13,838 bases of DNA from Candidatus Hodarchaeum mangrovi (lineage in GTDB: Archaea > Asgardarchaeota > Heimdallarchaeia > Hodarchaeales > Hodarchaeaceae). Made by a program: the position numbers and the translations under genes. The DNA is taken from contig JAEOUE010000228.1 in assembly GCA_016839515.1 (NCBI GenBank), forward strand, positions 1-13,838. Reading direction: 5' to 3'. The notes beneath the pieces are model-generated. The model searched no databases and was not told the DNA's origin. It was given only the letters and a program-made list of their open reading frames with translations. This document shows, in pieces, positions 11,148 through 13,838 of the stretch (within the stretch, counting starts at the first letter, position 1; each line of letters opens with the position of its first letter).

Positions 11148-11978
11148 ATGGGATATATTGCACCACTTGGCAACGAAGGGTTCCTACCTTTAATTTGGAA
11201 TGCCTTCATCGGAATTATTGTTGCTTTAGTTTATGTAAAAGGGATTATTACTCTTATGGAGAGATTAGTTGATAATAACATGTTATCTTCTGATCTTTCG
11301 CGGAAAATTATTCATATAGCTGCTGGGTCTTTTATCTGGGTTTGGCTTTTCCTTAATACTTCGGATGGATACTCATATTTACTGAATATAACTGTTCCTT
11401 TCCTTTTCTTTTGTACTTTCCTATATAAAGGCTTTAAAGGGTCCCCTGATGATCCAGATGTAAAAACAATGAGTCGAACTGGAGATCCACGTGAATTATT
11501 ACGCGGTACACTTTATTTTACGATTATTATGATAATTGCCGGAACTTTCCTTTTTGGAACTTATGTTGGAATGTTAATGATGGCTATCGTCGGTTGGGGT
11601 GACGGTATTGCACCTTATTTCGGGAAACGATTCGGTAAGAGAAAATATAAAACTCTAGGTCGTGAAAAATCTCTCGAAGGATCCTTTGGAGTCTTTTTAT
11701 TTTCAATTATTGGGTCATTATTGTTCTTAGGCCTTTTAGGTGTACTAGGCGGTGATGTGAATCCAGATCTTGCTGTTCTTAAGGATCCGGGTATAAACCT
11801 TGAAGGTATTTTTATAGTTATCTTACTCTTAGCCATAATTACAACTATCGTAGAAGCATTATCCCCCCCTGATATTGATAATCTTCTTATCCCTGCTTCC
11901 ACAATAATAACTTTGATAATTGTTGATATTGTTCTTGGATCTTCGTTTATTCTAGGGTCAATGTTGAGATTCTTTTAA
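11148..11978 (+). CDS. CTP-dependent polyprenol/diacylglycerol kinase family membrane protein (phytol/farnesol/dolichol kinase-like)
   Basis: Multiple hydrophobic helices. Motifs SRKIIHI, VKTMSRTGDPRELLRGTLYF, GWGDGIAPYFGKRFG, KSLEGS, VEALS..DIDNLLIP. Confidence 0.87.
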   Translation: MGYIAPLGNEGFLPLIWNAFIGIIVALVYVKGIITLMERLVDNNMLSSDLSRKIIHIAAGSFIWVWLFLNTSDGYSYLLNITVPFLFFCTFLYKGFKGSPDDPDVKTMSRTGDPRELLRGTLYFTIIMIIAGTFLFGTYVGMLMMAIVGWGDGIAPYFGKRFGKRKYKTLGREKSLEGSFGVFLFSIIGSLLFLGLLGVLGGDVNPDLAVLKDPGINLEGIFIVILLLAIITTIVEALSPPDIDNLLIPASTIITLIIVDIVLGSSFILGSMLRFF

Positions 11979-12000
11979 CTACCCACATATCTCTTTGTAA

Positions 12001-12010
12001 TTTTTTTCTC
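12001..12010 (+). terminator. Possible archaeal oligo-T terminator after the kinase gene
   Basis: TTTTTTTCTC starts 22 nt after the stop codon, with no hairpin. Confidence 0.35.
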
Positions 12011-12061
12011 AATAAATTTTGAATGAAAAAAGTCCTGTAAGGGATAAAGAAGCTAGTAACC

Positions 12062-12068
12062 TTTAAAA
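12062..12068 (+). promoter_or_regulatory. Putative archaeal TATA box (leaderless or short-leader transcript)
   Basis: TTTAAAA lies 26-32 nt upstream of ATG 12094, preceded by AGTAACC. No strong Shine-Dalgarno. Confidence 0.45.
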
Positions 12069-12093
12069 TCCTCTATGTTTCAGTGGTTAATCG

Positions 12094-12609
12094 ATGAAAA
12101 TTCCTGTTTCTTTCTCATATATGGAGTTTACCCAGTTTTCAGTCAAAAAACGCAGGAATATATTAAGATTATATCTAACTGAAAGAACCCTAAAAGTCTT
12201 GTGGGAACAAAAATATGGGAGTAAGGAGTTAACTCAAGATGAAATCCATTCAGAATTAGCTGGGATTCATTATTTATCAATTGCCAAAGAAACCTTTGAA
12301 TTTAGAGAACCTTTGCCTGATATATTAATTGATTCATCTCATATTGAAGAATTAAGCTTAATAGATGAACAAATTTATGTTGAATTATTAAATAGAGATC
12401 AGGTACAAAGTACATGGGTGGAAGCACTTCCTTTCAGAACAACAGTACCTTCTGAAATAGAATTTTTTCCTAATGGGCCTAATTTGAGTGAAAATTCATT
12501 TTCTTGGAAGGTAAAAATTCCTGATGCAATAGATCTTTATTATTTACCACTTAAAAAAAAGGAAATGAGAACTTTGAATTTAATTTTCCAAGCGATAAAA
12601 GCAGAATAA
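12094..12609 (+). CDS. Hypothetical soluble protein, 171 aa
   Basis: Long ORF in AT-rich DNA that fills the gap between two genes, with its own TATA-like box and Glu/Leu-rich composition like its neighbours. No recognisable motif. Confidence 0.75.
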   Translation: MKIPVSFSYMEFTQFSVKKRRNILRLYLTERTLKVLWEQKYGSKELTQDEIHSELAGIHYLSIAKETFEFREPLPDILIDSSHIEELSLIDEQIYVELLNRDQVQSTWVEALPFRTTVPSEIEFFPNGPNLSENSFSWKVKIPDAIDLYYLPLKKKEMRTLNLIFQAIKAE

Positions 12610-12694
12610 CGTAAATACTTAATCTATACTAAATTCTATATAATTTTCACTAATCTCAAAAAATTGATGATTTTTCATGCCGCAAGATTTAATA

Positions 12695-12701
12695 TTTAAA
12701 A
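12695..12701 (+). promoter_or_regulatory. Putative archaeal TATA box (leaderless or short-leader transcript)
   Basis: TTTAAAA lies 26-32 nt upstream of GTG 12727, the same spacing as for the preceding gene. Confidence 0.45.
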
Positions 12702-12726
12702 GTCTTTCAATAATCCTTTAATTAAG

Positions 12727-13098
12727 GTGTCTCTTTTGGATCAGAATCAGAAAAATGCAATTGTATCATTAATTAGTGGTTTGGGAGTAATTTTTCTCTT
12801 TATTGGAATTTTTACAAATTATTATGACTTTGGTGTTGGATTAATTTTAGGGATGGCATGTTGGATTTTTTCTGGAGCTCTAGGTACATATTTACAAACA
12901 GATAAAAAACGTTCTCTTCATCATTTACCTAGAAATTATGCTAAAAACTCTTATTCTTTTGATGAAGATTCAAAGATTGGTTTTGATTCTAAAGAGAAGA
13001 TTAATCACCGTATAGGTTCATTTTGTACGGTTTGTGGGACACAAAATGAAAAAGATTCAGTTTTTTGTACTCAATGTGGTTCAGAACTCGCTAAATAG
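12727..13098 (+). CDS. Small membrane protein with two N-terminal TM helices and a C-terminal zinc ribbon
   Basis: Hydrophobic segments AIVSLISGLGVIFLFIGIF and FGVGLILGMACWIFSGALGTYL, a polar linker, then FCTVCG-x7-FCTQCG (CxxC-x10-CxxC). Confidence 0.82.
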   Translation: MSLLDQNQKNAIVSLISGLGVIFLFIGIFTNYYDFGVGLILGMACWIFSGALGTYLQTDKKRSLHHLPRNYAKNSYSFDEDSKIGFDSKEKINHRIGSFCTVCGTQNEKDSVFCTQCGSELAK

Positions 13099-13103
13099 TC
13101 TTT

Positions 13104-13838
13104 TTATTTTATAGCTTGATCTTTTTGACTTGATCTTTTTAGATATAGAATAGCTAGAATTAGATAGCTTAGATAACTTGCAATTTCTATCAAGGAAGGG
13201 TTATCATTCCAACCGAATAAACCTGCTAGTAATCCTCCAATCATACTTTTCTCGAATCGACCTAAATAATTCGGATCATAGCTCCATCCGAAAAGAAACT
13301 TAAGTATATCACCTAGTAATGTGTCATTAATATTCCACAGTTCAGCCCAAATGAATAATGTCGAAAGGGAGGATCCACTATGTTCAAGGAACTCGAAAAT
13401 TTCATGCAAACCATGAGCAATTAGTCCAGCAGCAAAGATTATAAGAATAATACTTGTATAATTAAAGAATTTTTTCAGATTCAATTGATATGTTTGTTTA
13501 AATAAAAAGAATGCTAAAATGGAAGAGATTAAAATACCTAAAAAGAGTCCAATTACTGTTGTGAGCATTGTAGGGATCATTCCTAGAAGGGAATAATTTC
13601 CCAAGAAATTTGAGTAAAGGAGTAGTACTAGTTCAGCTCCCTCTCTTGCTACAGAGAAGAATACAAGAGAAAAAATTCCAATTCGTTGTTTTTTAGTTAA
13701 TAAAATTGTCTGAATTCTCTTTTCAAATTCAGCTTTCATAAATCTCCCCTGCTTGGCCATCCAAAAAACCATCCAAGTTAAGACGATAGCAGCTATGAAC
13801 ATTACTATTCCTTCAAATAGTTCTTGATATTCATCTAA
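13104..13838 (-). CDS. FTR1/EfeU family iron permease, 5' end truncated by the window edge
   Basis: The frame is open to the window edge (LDEYQELFEGIVMFIAA...), so ATG 13802 is internal. Motifs LTWMVFWM, REGAE (second RExxE iron motif), FFNYTSIILIIFAAGL, LFGW...PS..E. Confidence 0.9.
   Translation of the reverse strand, partial: LDEYQELFEGIVMFIAAIVLTWMVFWMAKQGRFMKAEFEKRIQTILLTKKQRIGIFSLVFFSVAREGAELVLLLYSNFLGNYSLLGMIPTMLTTVIGLFLGILISSILAFFLFKQTYQLNLKKFFNYTSIILIIFAAGLIAHGLHEIFEFLEHSGSSLSTLFIWAELWNINDTLLGDILKFLFGWSYDPNYLGRFEKSMIGGLLAGLFGWNDNPSLIEIASYLSYLILAILYLKRSSQKDQAIK

Noticed and set aside
11615-11902. 95-aa minus-strand ORF
   Set aside because: Antisense shadow of the hydrophobic kinase gene.

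Overview
AT-rich prokaryotic window with nine supportable CDSs. I found no rRNA, tRNA, CRISPR array or transposase. In order: a 5'-truncated GH2 LacZ-type beta-galactosidase (+); a convergent 1127-aa GH13 alpha-amylase-family protein with an NPD variant of the usual NHD motif (-); a divergent, tightly packed cluster of a nuclease-less Type IIG/Eco57I-like N6-adenine methyltransferase, an M32 carboxypeptidase and a COG1926-type phosphoribosyltransferase (+); a phytol/farnesol-kinase-like CTP-dependent polyprenol kinase (+); a 171-aa hypothetical protein (+); a 2-TM zinc-ribbon protein (+); and a 5'-truncated FTR1 iron permease (-). TTTAAAA boxes 26-32 nt before two start codons, an AGGTGA ribosome-binding site and the gene content suggest an archaeon, possibly Asgard (inference). 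I cannot demonstrate a new multi-gene system. The best leads are the orphan methyltransferase with an altered SAM-binding site coupled to a peptidase, the atypical GH13, clustered substitutions at conserved LacZ positions, and an internal motif duplication in FTR1. All family assignments and consensus motifs come from recall, not database searches.
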